Below are positions 38,577 to 52,646 of a DNA stretch of 64,000 nt, piece by piece. How positions within the stretch are numbered: the stretch's first letter is position 1; every line of letters begins with the position of its first letter. The notes under the pieces were generated by a model. It did no database searches. It saw only the letters and a program-made list of their open reading frames with translations, and was not told where the DNA came from. This stretch comes from Octopus sinensis. Lineage: Eukaryota. The position numbers were made by a program, and so were the translations under genes. The stretch is taken from assembly GCF_006345805.1 (NCBI RefSeq), contig NC_043001.1:119412001-119476000 (forward strand), given 5' to 3'.

Positions 38577-40176
38577 TTGGGCTCATGATCGTTAGGTGGT
38601 GGGATCGACCAGCACCTTATGCCCTTGAACTCTTGTCCACTCAGTAGAAATGAATACCAATAGAAATGTATATAAGTGCGGCCCATTTTCTCTTCAACTA
38701 TTGCATTCTAAATAGTCTGTCTAGTCAACAGATACGAAGCTCAGGACTACATGGATATATAAAACAATTAGCGAAAGTGCAGTACATACTACCCACTCGT
38801 ACTTACTTGCAAGTAACGGCTATGGCTGGTATGTATAAAAGGGAGCTGGCTAAATACTGCAAGTCATTTTTGCCAACGCTCTACTGGTTTTTAGAACTGT
38901 TTGTTGGACGCAGATGGTTTTTATTTATTCTTTTTTTCAACATTACCATTATCGCTATCCGTAACTTTTATATTTCTCCTACATCTTTATGTTACTGCTA
39001 TAGATAACAGCGATATATGAAGATTTAGCATTTATCTCCTCCTGTATTCCCCCTGTTTCTCTTTTCTCTCCCTCTTTTCTCCCTTCCTCTCTTCTCTATC
39101 TCTCTTCTCCCCCCTCACCCTCTGTCTCTGTCACCATGACACCTTATTCGTCACCATGACGAATTACCTCAGAGATCCATTGCATCATTCTATTGGTGTG
39201 TGTGCATGCGTGTGCATCTGTGTTTGTGTGTGTGTGTGTGCGTGTGTGTGTGTGTGCGTGTGTATGTGTATGTGTGTGTGTATGTGTGTGCGTGTGCATG
39301 TGTAACTGTGTAGCGCTCCTGTTCTTAGCGTATTTAATCAACTATAGTGGAAGTAGCATTCTCGAGAAAAATTCGGAATGGAGACTTTTAGATTACAAAA
39401 ACCGGCTTATAACATTTAGCAATGAATGTAATACTATCCTGAGAGTAGTTGGGACCTATTAATTTTAATAACAATAATTATTTGATAACATTGTTCGTCA
39501 TCATAGTGAGATGCTTCTACTATGGCGACCAGATTATGGTTTTCATTTTGCCAGCCGATTCAGAACAAACAAATACCAGTAATACTACTGGGTTCCATTA
39601 CACCCTCTCACTGTAACATGATAGTAATAATAAATAACATGAAATACAAGATAAAATACCATTATGGCAGAGTAAAGAAATCATTAAATTTATATCCCAT
39701 TAATAGAAATGTCTTGATTAAAAAGCGAATAAAAAGAAAAATTCTATCGTTCACTCTCTTCAAACATAATTGTGAGTATGTGACTGTGGTTCGTATGGGT
39801 GTGTGTATACGGAAGCCAAAAGTGAGTTTCTGCTGAGTGTGTGTTTGTGTACGTATTTGTGAATGTGTGTGCGAGTGTGCTTGTGAGATTGTGATTATGC
39901 GTGTCGATACCTACGTCGTAACGTGGCAATATATTCGCACTTACGCAAATTCAGATTAATACGCACTCATACGTACACTTATACTCGCATAGAGACATAT
40001 AGAAATAGGCATACGTGTACATATGATTGAATATTCTTGTATATAACTATGTATGCACATATACATATACATACACACACATTCATATATATATATATAT
40101 ATACATATAAATCATATATAACTACATACATATGCAAACATACATGCATTCATATACATCCATTCCTACACACGCA

Positions 40177-40230
<54 letters not shown>

Positions 40231-40269
40231 CACATATGATTGTATATGTGTGTGTATGCTTGCATGTGC

Positions 40270-40319
<50 letters not shown>

Positions 40320-40594
40320 CTGTGGATGTAAAACGTGTAGAGATGGAGAAAAATTAGAGGCAGCTACAAAATACAAAACAACAACATCATCAACAAAAAC
40401 AACAACAACAACAACAACAAATATAACAACTACACGCCAACAACTTAATAATAACTATGATTGAAGCTTAGACATTTGAAATGTTTGGACTGCGAGATCT
40501 GTTGCTTCAATCTCATTTCACTTGCTGTCGCCGATATTAACGATGGCTGCTTCAATTATAGGAGAGAAATCATGTCCCACTGACTGTTTCCGCG

Positions 40595-40607
40595 GTAACC
40601 TAGCAAC
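40595..40607. promoter_or_regulatory. RFX X-box-like motif in a CpG-enriched patch
   Basis: GTAACCTAGCAAC fits GTNRCC(N0-3)RGYAAC. Confidence 0.35.
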
Positions 40608-40708
40608 CGTGCGTCAGGACAGCTTGCGTCTTCATCATCGCTTTCGTCGTCGCCTTCTTCTTCTTATTTCATGCTGTTGCTATAAGTGTTTTTGCTTTTT
40701 TGTTGTTG

Positions 40709-40872
40709 CTCTTCTTCTTCTTCTTCTTCTTCTTCTTCTTCTTCTTCTTCTTCTTCTTCTTCTTCTTCTTCTTCTTCTTCTTCTTCTTCTTCTTCTTCTT
40801 CTTCTTCTTCTTCTTCTTCTTCTTCTTCTTCTTCTTCTTCTTCTTCTTCTTCTTCTCCTTCTTCTTCTTCTT
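40709..40872. repeat. (CTT)n trinucleotide tract
   Basis: About 54 nearly pure units. Confidence 0.97.
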
Positions 40873-42827
40873 GCCATCACTATCACCGCCCCCATATCAA
40901 CAGCATCACCTGTATGCTAGAACTCTCATACACATTCACACACATACATCTTGTTTTGCTGCCGAATAATTTCTCATGGAGATACGGATGCAATTGTTGG
41001 TTACGTACATGGCGTTAACAAGCAAACACTGAGATCTTTGGAATATGCTTGCATGTACATACCTATGTACGTACGTACGTAAATATGTATGTATGTACTA
41101 TGTATGTATGTGCGTATGCATATGTATATGAATGTAAGCATGAATGTACATATAATATACAACAGATATATGTATCAGAGAACATGTGTATCCTTTTCGC
41201 TTAATTCGTGTAGAAAAGACGCCCATCATGTTTCTTTTTTTTTTCTATATAGAAATCCCATAATTTTAGACACGCACAGACCTTAAAATGTAGAGGAGTT
41301 TATAATGTTCAATATGTTTATAATGTTTATAATGTTTCGTAGTATATAAGGTCTTGTCATGTTTCAAGTAGAAGCCCTGTTCTGAAATATTCAGATTCCT
41401 GTATTTGATGCATAGCCATATGAGATGATACACCCCCAATTTCAACAGCGCAGACTCAGAAAAAGTTTCTTAATGCATTAAAGCCTATAGGATGTCCAAC
41501 TTCACATATAGAACTCAAGATGATTCTTAAAGATGTTTTGAGTGAAAGGTGCAGCTTGTGAGCTATCAAACACGGTATCTGGTATTCCTAGTAGCTGTAA
41601 GAGTTCAAGAAATGTGTTCTGAGCTACGTATGAGCCGCAGACCAATACTTTATTCACGCAACCATTTCATTTGTAACCCAAAGGATAAGAAAGAGAAGTG
41701 GGGGTAGGTTTACTCACTCAAGGGGGGGGGGATAAAGAAACAAACATCCGTGTATTTAGAAAGTATGTACTATGGCTAGCTATTTTTTCTTTAGTTCATG
41801 CTTTCTTATTTTTAAAGCCTGGTGCATCTGGCATAACTATCTAACGTGTGATTGTTTTTCTTCTTTAAGTCAGCAGAGTGTAAATTAAAGCAAATTTGTC
41901 TTTTTTTTTCTCCTAGCGGCTTTGACGACCACACGTAGGTTTAGTGTGATTGAGATGTAGGGATAAATGGGACGATGCCGAGTGTAACTGAGACTAAAAC
42001 GAACTGAGACTTAAACTTCGAGAATGGATGATGGAGTTGTTTTAATAGAACTCCATCAGAGCTATAGTCAGATATAGTGAGGGACCAAACGCGCAAATAC
42101 ACATGGGTAAAAAGAAATGGAACTTCGCCGGTTGCACTGATGATTATTCAGTGATACGATCTACTGAGTAACTTGCTCTCTGAATTAACAAGCAATTAAC
42201 TCAGTATTCTAAAGACGCCTACTTATAACATAGTCTTTAAGCAGACTCAACGGGACACAGTTGAAAAGTGACATGGTTGTACTTTGGAACTACGAGTACA
42301 ATCCACCCGATCCACTTCCAAGCACTTTCCGTCTACTTAAATTCACTTACAAGGCTTGAGTTCATCAGAGGTTATTTAGTAAAAGACACTTGTCCAAGAC
42401 ATTGTATCAGGTGACTGTGCCCGAGATCTCATGATTTCCAAGCGGAACGCTTAACCATCCAACCATATACACCTATATAAGCATAGGTGCGCGCGTGCAC
42501 ACACACACATACATATGCACACGTGCGCATTAATAAGTCAAGATTGGAAGATGAATATATTTCAATTCAATTTTCGGTTTCCAATAATTAATTCTTAATA
42601 TTTCAACCAAGAAACCTTTTCCTGAATTCTGCTTTTCATTGCCGATAGTTCAATATTATTCATAATTACTTCTTTTTGGGTTCTTTCCACTGTTGTAGTA
42701 TGATGTCACTTGAAATATACAAATATATATTTATATTCACACCTTGCTTTGAAAAGTTAATTTTTCATCTCTATGCAATTAATATTTTATTTGCTAATAA
42801 TAGCTATAAAAGCTACGCTTTCAAAAT

Positions 42828-42896
42828 CTTCTTCTTCTTCTTCTTCTTCTTCTTCTTCTTCTTCTTCTTCTTCTTCTTCTTCTTCTTCTTCTTCTT

Positions 42897-42974
<78 letters not shown>

Positions 42975-43017
42975 TAATAATAATAATAATAATACCACCA
43001 CCACCACTACTACTACT
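42828..43017. repeat. Compound (TTC)n(TAC)n(TAA)n(CAC)n microsatellite
   Basis: Successive motifs differ stepwise and stay in register. Confidence 0.95.
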
Positions 43018-44871
43018 TGAAGCCCTGGATTTTCTGTCTCCTATTTTAATCCTCGTTTTGCTTTAGTTCAATTACAGTCTTCATAACTTCAAGACAAATC
43101 TTAAAAGACCATCAAAGACATGAATACGGGGAAAGCGTTGGCAGTCAATTAAAGTAGACTTATCAATTGATTAAATTCAAATAAAATTCTATCAACAATT
43201 ACTGACTACTGAGTTGACCTAGAAAATATTTGAAATATATATAACATTTTAAAACATTCGAGATTAAGGAATAAATATGTTAATTTGTTGCTGGTTTAAT
43301 GAGTTTATCAAAGAAGATAAAGTGCAGTTGCCAGAATTCTTTTCATGAGGGCTCCCAAGATTGGTCGAAAGAAAAGACAAAGCTTTCTTTGAGCGGAGAC
43401 CTCGCTCGAATACTTGCTGCATAGTGGACTTGCTAATAGTACCCAAGGGCCAAAAAGAAGGTATTTAGCCAGTCAAAAGATTAATGAATTCTAATCTTTA
43501 GAAAAACAATACACGTAAAACTGCAAAGGATTTCTATAGTTTGACCACGATAGAAATGTCGCTCAAACAACAAGAAAAATCGTGTGAGCTTAAGCCTACA
43601 CCCAACCAACTGTTTTACTCACCGCACCTCTACAATTAAACTCGTAAAACCTTACACCAAATCCTTACATTAAACCCTTCCTCATTAAAACTTCAATAAC
43701 TTTAAACTAAATCCCTCCTTGTCATTTTCCCTGTCCAGAGCGAATAAGAAAATTTCAATTGAAACTGCCTCTTTATTGACCTCGTTTGCAAAAGCTATTT
43801 TGCGTGTCGTTACTGCCATTCTTCCATTGATTATAAGTTTTAAAGCTGTCACTTTTACAAAGTACATCTGAAAGTACAAATTTTACTAATTAATTTCGAG
43901 TATGAAAATTTATTTACACGTTATACATACTGTAGGAAAAGTAGAAAATATTCTGTATTTTGATTTATAAAAACAATTTCTATAATACAAAACATTGATA
44001 TCTAAAACAAAAGTTATAATACTGTGACCTTTTATAGTGGCAACATCTGGAACCAAATTAACGGCTCAATTATAACCAATATTAGCGACACTTTCAACAC
44101 ATAAATGAATATAATTGCCATTCAATATTCGTAGTACTGTAGCAAAATTATAAAAGCAGCAAAATTAGAGTAGTTTTATTATTATGATAATCACTTCTAC
44201 CGCCCATCTTACCACATATAAACTTCAGCAATTAAATTTCCTACAACCATTAGTGGCGCTTGTACACAGGTTGTCAATAAAGCGGAACATAGTGTTTTCC
44301 TTACCTTATATCAAGAAATTATTTATAATTATTCATAAGCATGGAATAGGTTAGCCTTATAAGGATTCGTGATCCATTATTGTGGTAATTTCTTGTTTAA
44401 TATATTCTCGATGCCAAATTAACAGTTCAGATATTGTCAGTATAAGTAACATTTCACAGGAAACATTTAGGTTTTCTCATTTTGTCACAATTGGTCAATC
44501 ACTTTTCAGTGATTAGAATTTTGCATTCAAAGAGACTCGTAATTGTCATTTACATTTCCTGTGCAACGTTTCCTCTTTGCAAAGCAAAGAACAGTACGAT
44601 GAGTTTATTTTCTAGCATAATACAGTATATACTACTCAAATTGTGACACATCCTCGCGCATACATACATATAGAAATACATAAAAGAACTCAAAAGAACC
44701 TTATATTAAAAGTATGTTCAGTTTGGAGTACAATAGTCGTTCATAAAGATTTCCTACACATAACCATGTTTGGACGACTAACCGTGTAAACAACGAAAGT
44801 TTTAAAAACACTCGATGGGCAGAGAGTTATAACTTCACCTGATATGTACAGCAATATAGGTAGCGTGAATA

Positions 44872-45190
44872 AAGCGGTGAGCCAGCAGAAAGTTAGCACG
44901 CCGGGCGAAATGCTTAGCGGTATTTCGTCTGCCGTTACGTTCTGAGTTCAAATTACACCTATGTCGACTTTGCCTTTCATCCTTTCGGGGTCTATTAAAT
45001 AAGTACCAGTTACGCACTGGGGTCGATATAATCGACTTGATCCGTTTGTCTGTCCTTGTTTGACCTCTCTGTGTTTAGCCCCTTGGGGGTAGTAAAGAAA
45101 TAGGTATTTCGTCTGTCTTTATGTTCTGAGTTCAAATTCCGCCGAGGTCGACTTTGCCATTCATCTTTCCGGGGTCGATAAATTAAGTAT
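44872..45190 (+). mobile_element. SINE S1 with partial internal tandem duplication
   Basis: A full S1 copy is followed by a second ggtatttcgtctg...gttctgagttcaaatt...ggggtcgataaattaagt block. Confidence 0.9.
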
Positions 45191-45339
45191 AGCTTTATGT
45201 AAATGGAGAAAATATCTCTCTTATGGCAAAAGGTATGAAGACACCCGGTTTATTTACCAGTTTAAATATATGAATAAAACGATCATTATTGCCTATATAT
45301 AAATATGCAGAGAAAGGATGTATATATATATATATATAA

Positions 45340-45381
<42 letters not shown>

Positions 45382-45383
<2 letters not shown>

Positions 45384-45758
45384 ATAATTGAGGGTAAAAT
45401 TAATTAGTTATTAATCAATTTCACCAAGTAGTGTTCAGTATGTAAAAGGACCATTTAAGGCATATTCAAAATATTACATTATATAATTAGGGCTTAGTAA
45501 AATAAATTACTTTGCCACATACTGAACTTTCTAGAAATAACAGCCAAAAAGTTTTTTAGCCATTTCCACTACTTTAAGAAAAATTCTCCCAGCTAATGTT
45601 ACTCAAAAATAAATAATATTTTTGAGTAAACATTAGCTGGGAGAATTTTTCTTAAAGTAGTGGAAATGGCTAAAAAAATTTTTGGCTGTTATTTCTAGAA
45701 AGTTCAGTATGTGGCAAAGTAATTTATTTTACTAAGCCCTAATTATATAATGTAATAT
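45382..45758. mobile_element. Family B terminal repeat in inverted (foldback) arrangement
   Basis: Homologous to 12251-12473. Arms at 45471-45611 and 45617-45758 are near-perfect reverse complements with a 5-nt loop. Flanked by (TA)n. Confidence 0.88.
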
Positions 45759-45881
45759 ATATATGTTTTAAAAACACTCGATGGGCAGAGAGTTATAACT
45801 TCACCTGATATGTACAGCAATATAGGTAGCGTGAATAAAGCGGTGAGCCAGCAGAAACGTTACAACCCCACCATTAATTGA

Positions 45882-45944
<63 letters not shown>

Positions 45945-46414
45945 CATATATATAATGTGTATAGTGGTATATGCATTTATATTGTGAAATGTATATCTCA
46001 ATATGATTTCTGTTTATAAATGACCAGAAAATTCCACACAGCCTTGGCTTTGTTGTTTCATTTTATTTAATACACACACACACACACACTTGTAAATTCG
46101 GAACTATAGGCCTACAATTTTAAAGGCTTTATGTTGATGTATTTTTTAAAAATCCAATCAGTTATTATCCTTTTTGTTATTTATATTATTATTATTTGTG
46201 TTAATTTTATTTAGTTAGTTTACTGCCCTGGATGTTTATATAGATTTCGATATTTTAAATTCCTCCTATAAGATTTTTGTCTGTACAGTATTGATAATTA
46301 AAATCAATGATACCAGACGATCCACTCATTCAGAATTAAAAATCCATTTTATTCCTATTTAATGGTAGAATATCTAAGCTCATGCACACGGCAATAACAA
46401 CAGCAACAACAATA

Positions 46415-46834
46415 ATTCTTTCAAATTTTGGCACACGGCCAGCAACTTTTGGAGGAAGGAGTTAGCTGGTTGTATCGACTTAGTATTTAACTGGTACTTT
46501 ATTTTATTGAATCTAAAAGGATGGAAGACAAAGCCGACCTGCCAGATCACCACCTTAATAATGATGATGATGATGATATTAATAATAATAATAATCCTTT
46601 CTACTAAAGGCACATGGCCTGAAATTCTGGGGAGGAGACTAGTCGATTACATCGATCCCAGTGCGTTACTGGTACTTAATTTATCGACCTCGAAAGGATG
46701 AAAGGCAAAGTTAACCCCGGCGGAATTTGAACTCTGAGACATCCAGCGTGCTAACAAAGTAATATTCATAACAACACTGATATGCAAACGATTCTACCAG
46801 CTCACCGCCTTAATAACAACAACAATAAGCAACG

Positions 46835-46924
<90 letters not shown>

Positions 46925-47102
46925 TCTACTATAGGCACAAGGTCTGAAATTTGGAGTATTGGGCTAGTCGATTACATCGACCCAGTGCCCCACTGGCACT
47001 TATTTCATTAACTAGAAAGGATCAAAGGCAAAGCCTACCTCGGCGGAATTTGAACTCAGAACGCAAAGTATTTTGCTAAGGATTGTGCCAGCTTGCTGCC
47101 TT
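46415..47102 (-). mobile_element. Cluster of three S1 SINE copies separated by (AAT)/(AAC) tails
   Basis: Copies at about 46415-46550, 46595-46812 and 46962-47102, each with (g/t)tcgattacatcga/ggtactt...aaaggatg...ggcggaatttgaactc-type blocks. Confidence 0.85.
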
Positions 47103-47248
47103 AAATACACCACTAATAATAAGAAATATCGATGGTCACTTTCTTTACAAAACATGCGACAAAGAGAAATTATTTAACACTTTGCTTATGTTGTACTCAT
47201 TCTTCAGATAACTGCACTCACTTTTGTTTGATTTGGAATCGGTGATTA

Positions 47249-47289
<41 letters not shown>

Positions 47290-48879
47290 GTGTGTGTGTG
47301 TGTGTCTGTGTCTGTGTGTGTCTGTGTATGTGTGTATCTGTGTGTGTGTGTGTGTGTCTGTGTCTGTGTGTGTCTGTGTATGTGTGTGTGTCTGTGTATG
47401 TGTATATCTGTGTGTGTGTGTGTGTGTGTGTTGCATTGCTTAATATATGTGAAATAGTGCTACTTTTTTTGCTATAGTGTTGATGTGAATCCTGAAAATT
47501 TGGATACTATTATTTGTCCATTATTTATGTACTGAGATTCTGTTTTCAAACCCAACATTAAGCATCTCTTCTCGAAGATAATTATGTTTTGAATAATTTC
47601 ACCAGTTGTTTCAGAGAAGTGGTTCCATCTACTGAAACTAATACACGTACAATTAGAGAATTTCGGTTTCTTTTCTTCTCATTGTCTGCAAGAAGAATAC
47701 ATTGTTAGTTCGGATTCATTTCAACGGTATTGTGAATTGGCATTTCATAGAATATGGTTATTTAATCACTTCCAAAGATGCTGCTGTTGTTGTCACTCGG
47801 CCTATGATGAAAGAACTTCAAGCGGTGGCGAACTAATCTTTTCTTTTCTAAAACTGCGTTAACTATCCAATGTCATTCCTTTTTCGAGTTTGCAGTATGT
47901 AAATTTAGGGAAAATTGGTTCCTATTTCTAGTACTTCGAATGACCATGTTGAAGTTCCATCGCATCGTGTTGTCTTTCCATGCACTACTAATTGCATTTT
48001 TACTTCTGAAATCGTTACATACTACCGTCACTTCATTGAATCATTTTAATTGAAATTAAAATTGTCTTATCGTTTTCATCGTGGCCTTTACTAACTACAG
48101 GAAAATCTACGTTCCATATTTCCGACGATTCAATGATGGGACCCTTGCTTTACTGTTGGATATGCTACAAATAGTAACCAAATTCTCCTCACGTCACATC
48201 CTTCTTTCTTGACAATAGAAGGACATATTGCATAAGTAGAGTAGGCCTATACAATGCAATGAGATATTCAGTAGAGTGCGTAGTCCTATATATAATATAT
48301 TTAACACAATCACCAAGCTGCTGCTGATTATAGGGTCATGCCTATATGCAGTGATACTCAGTCTGGGTGACTCAAGTATTATTTTAGTTGATGCTGTTGG
48401 TTGTATGTTGTTAGATAGTTCCAGGCCAACCCTAATAAGTCAGCATTTTTGACCATCACGTCTTCTTTTTGTAACAAGGCGTATATAGACAGTGTCCTTT
48501 TTAAAAATTTAGATGTTATTGTACGATTTTAGAGAGGTTTCGTTAACATTATTAACATACCGAATAATCATACAACAGAGGTTCCTTGGTGAACTCGTGG
48601 CCTTTTTTAATATGATAAATGTATTTGCTACGAACCATAATTCATGGCCTTATCAGTGACTAAACAATATGAACTAACTACCTTTTTAACGGTTCTAAAA
48701 CTCAGGAAAATTGTCCTGAGTCGAATGCACTCTCAACTATGTAATATGTATTTATATTCTTAGTTTTTATTGTTACTTAAGACATAGTCTGCTACTGATG
48801 TTGTTGTTGTTGAAGTTATTTTTATTGTTTATTAAAGTTATTGATGTTATTGGTGAAATATCATATTTCTTTTTTCTCT

Positions 48880-49870
48880 TTTTATTTTTCTTTGTATGTT
48901 CTTCTGTTCTTTCTTACTGCTTGCCAAAATGCATTTAGCATGCTGCATTTATATAATGTCCGGAATGGCTACCAATGATTTTGGAATATCAATATTGAAA
49001 ATGTTTGATTGAAAACCTCATGAAATATGTATGTCCTTTATGGTGTGGGAAAGTTATGGCCAGAGGTGTTCGGCTTGTTACGGAATGGCTACTTCTATAT
49101 CATCTGAAGATACAGAATGTCTGAAGATATAGAATACTTGAGTTCGAAATAAGGAATTACTATGAAAAGGAGGAGATAGGAAATATAGAGGGAAATAAGA
49201 GAATGAAAATAGAAATAAAAATATTAAATATTTAAAGATACTGTAGTTGCAGTTCCGTTATTCGAGGAAAATGGACTATAGAAGTGATAAAAAAGTTGCC
49301 TGTACATGGTATGTAAGTTCCAATTGTAGTCCATGTTTCGTATTTCAAATTATGGAGCTGTGAATTCTATGCTGCTCATTCGAAAGGGTTTTGTGTTGTG
49401 AATGAAAATTTGAGAATGTATTGGTAGTATTTGTGAAAAGATGGTGGGTGGGGAGATGCGTACGTTTAGAATGAGGAGGTAAGTCAAATGGAAACATGAA
49501 GAGAAGATGAGAAGTAGAAAGAGAGAAAAGGGGAGATAAATGAAATGAGTGAAGAAAAAAGAAAGGATGAAAGAAATTAGAAAAGGAGTGGTAGCTGATG
49601 GTCAAGATGATGTGAGGGGAGGATGGGAGAGAAGTAGGGGAGGGATAGAAAGAGATGGGAAGGTAAGGAATAAAAAAGTGACATGATAGATATTAAGGGA
49701 TGAGTTGAGAGAAGGTATGGGTAGGGTGCTACCAAAGTGAATAGTAATTTTAGTAGTAAATTTAAAGTGGAGGGAAAAATAGAAGGATGTCAAATTTCTA
49801 TAAATAGACGTATGTGATTGTATAGGTTAGTGTGATAGGTAGGAATAAGAGAGGAGGAGATAAGGTATAA
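48880..49870 (-). mobile_element. Decayed Penelope-like element 3' part (linker, GIY-YIG, pLTR)
   Basis: Minus-strand remnants YHTNLYNHIRLFIEI, FKFTTKITIHF and TNTTNTFSNFHSQHKT...SII resemble the PLE linker and GIY-YIG region; strong strand purine bias. Confidence 0.45.
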
Positions 49871-49894
49871 TGACATACGCACGCGCGCACAAAC

Positions 49895-49965
49895 GTACAT
49901 ATACATACATATACGTACATACATACATACATACATACATACATTCATACATACATACATATACG

Positions 49966-49997
<32 letters not shown>

Positions 49998-50320
49998 CGT
50001 ACATACATGCATACATACATGCATACATACATACATATATACATACATATACGTACATACATACATACATACATGCATACATACATACATACATACATGC
50101 ATGCATGCATACATACATACATACATACATACATACAAACTACATACATACATGCATACATACATACATACATACATACAAACTACATACATACATGCAT
50201 ACATACATGCATACATACATTCATACATACATACATACATACATACATACATGCATACATACATACATACATACATACATACAAACTACATACATACATG
50301 CATACATACATGCATATAAA
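49895..50320. repeat. (TACA)n array with higher-order variants
   Basis: Recurring tacgtaca, tgca and caaactaca variants. Confidence 0.95.
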
Positions 50321-50699
50321 CACACAAACACAAACACATGCATATATATATACACGCATACATATATATATACATGCATGTCCACGCGCATCCATAAATG
50401 TATTCATACACGCATATGCGAGTGCATAGATATACACATACATGCACACGCACATACATACACGCAGGTGCACACGCGGTTACACACAGTCAGGCGCACG
50501 TGCGTATACTGGTACATACGTATACATATATACACACACTCACTCATATATATTTGTATATACATATGCAAGTACATATACATACACAGACATATACACA
50601 TATATATATACATACATGTAACCGCATACATGTAACCGCATACATGTACAGGTGAAGTTATGTTATAACAGGGTTCCATCTATTAAACAACAACAACTC

Positions 50700-51290
50700 T
50701 TCTTCTTCTTTCTTACAATTCGATATAGATAATTACTACTCTTCTATTTCTCCCAAAACTTTTTAATCAAGCTCTCCTTCTAGTTAGGAATCTAACTAAC
50801 CTTACCCCAATAGAAATTAACATAATCCTTAATGCCTGTAAAACCCTTATTTCTTTTAAGGACAAACTCTGGTGCCGGGCCAATCATCATAACAATACCA
50901 ATAACCATAGCAATTTATTTGACTTTACCATGAGATCATCCGACTCCACCCAGGTCATCGACTTCGTTGGAGTATACATACTCCACCAGCTCCAAATACA
51001 TTTTCCTAACCTCAAGGGAGGCCTCTACAGGGATGAAGCCTTGCTAGTTACCAAGAGCGTAAATAAATCCTCTTTAGAACGAGCTAGAAAAGATCTGCAC
51101 AATTTTATCTCTCGTCTAAACCTATCTAGTACATTTGAAAATTCAAAGTTACAAACATTTTAGACGTAACTTTAAACTGAGAAACCTCCCAGTAGTCCTC
51201 TTATCACAAACCTAACCAATACCTTAAATACTTAAACATTCATTCCCAACACCACAAATGCACCTTTGATAACATAGTCTAGGGATTTAC
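50700..51290 (+). pseudogene. Penelope-like reverse transcriptase fragment
   Basis: FLQFDIDNYYSSISP, IILNACKTLISFKDKLW, FDFTMRSSDSTQVIDFVGVYIL, GGLYRDE (YRDD), TNILDVTLN and YHKPN: the PLE RT motif order. Confidence 0.82.
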
Positions 51291-51670
51291 TATGTTTCTC
51301 GCATCTAAAATACCATACAGCATAATTTTGGTGGTGGGTAAAATTATCTCTCGCTTCTAAACTATGTGTTACAAATACCAAATGGCAACTGAGAACAACT
51401 CCATTTTATAAGGGGAGATAATCCAAAGAATGAAGAATTCTCCAAAGTTGACAGGTGAGTCAGTTACCTGAATGAACGCGTACAAAAGAGAATCTGAATA
51501 ACGATTAAGTGAATAAGCTTTGAACGAATAAATTAACTCTAGTAACATGAATATATTTATTCGTATTTCTGTCTGTCTCTCTCTCTCTCTCTCTTGCTCA
51601 CTCTACCTATCTCTCTATACGGATCAATCAACACACATACACATATATGCGTGTGAATGTGTGTGCGTGA

Positions 51671-51705
<35 letters not shown>

Positions 51706-52593
51706 TGTATTATGTATATGGAAAGCATGCGATAATATATTGATAGTAATGGTGGCGGCATCAGTAGTGATTCTGCTAAATCATATAACAATAGTAGTGT
51801 GAGTATTGACCCTCCCGGGGAAGAAGGAGAGAAGTGTACTCATTGTAAACCCATAATCGCGTGGTAACATAAAATTACATGTATCGAAAGATGAATGGTG
51901 ATGAGAAAACGAGGGAATTAAAGAATGAGAAAATGAGAGAAGAAAAACAGTTAAGAGGCAATCAGATAAATAATGCAGCTCAGTGTGTTGCGAAAGAAAG
52001 AGATGTGGATTACAAGTTGTTTAAGTTTGGGCTGGGACTATGATTTATGGTTTGGCCTCCCAGGTTATTTCATTGGTCTACCTTAAGGGCCAATTTAAAA
52101 TTGGATTTACAAATGATTATAGGGAACAGTAACAGCAAAGATACATAAAAATAGTGGTAAGTATTGGTGGTATTGGCTATAGTTGTGGTAGCAGTGGGAC
52201 TGAGGTTTGTAATAGAAGTGATTGTATTCGACATTGTTTGAGGGTAGTGGTAGGAGCTGTGTCTGAGTTTCTGCTAATGTATAATGCCAAAAGTGAAATG
52301 GTTCTAGCCACAAGCATTCCTTTCTTTTTTCAGACATGCTATAAACCGGGACTACACTGTTACCTTACATGTTTGGAAGATACTACAATATGATTTGAAG
52401 GTAGTGTTACTGCTTTTCTAGCAAGTCGTGCAAATAGATAGAATATTCCTCACTTGCTCGCGAGAGTAGTAACAGTTGTAGTAGTAGTGGTAGTGATGGT
52501 ACTGGTGCTGGTGGTTGCGGCGTCGTCGTCGGCGATGGTAGTAGTAGTAGTAGCAGCAGTAGCAGCAGCAGCAACAACAGCAGCAACAGTAGC

Positions 52594-52646
<53 letters not shown>

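Noticed and set aside
52334-52400. Apparent exon (tttcag...AAG/gtagtg, open frame)
   Set aside because: It lies entirely within a family A repeat copy and has no independent support.
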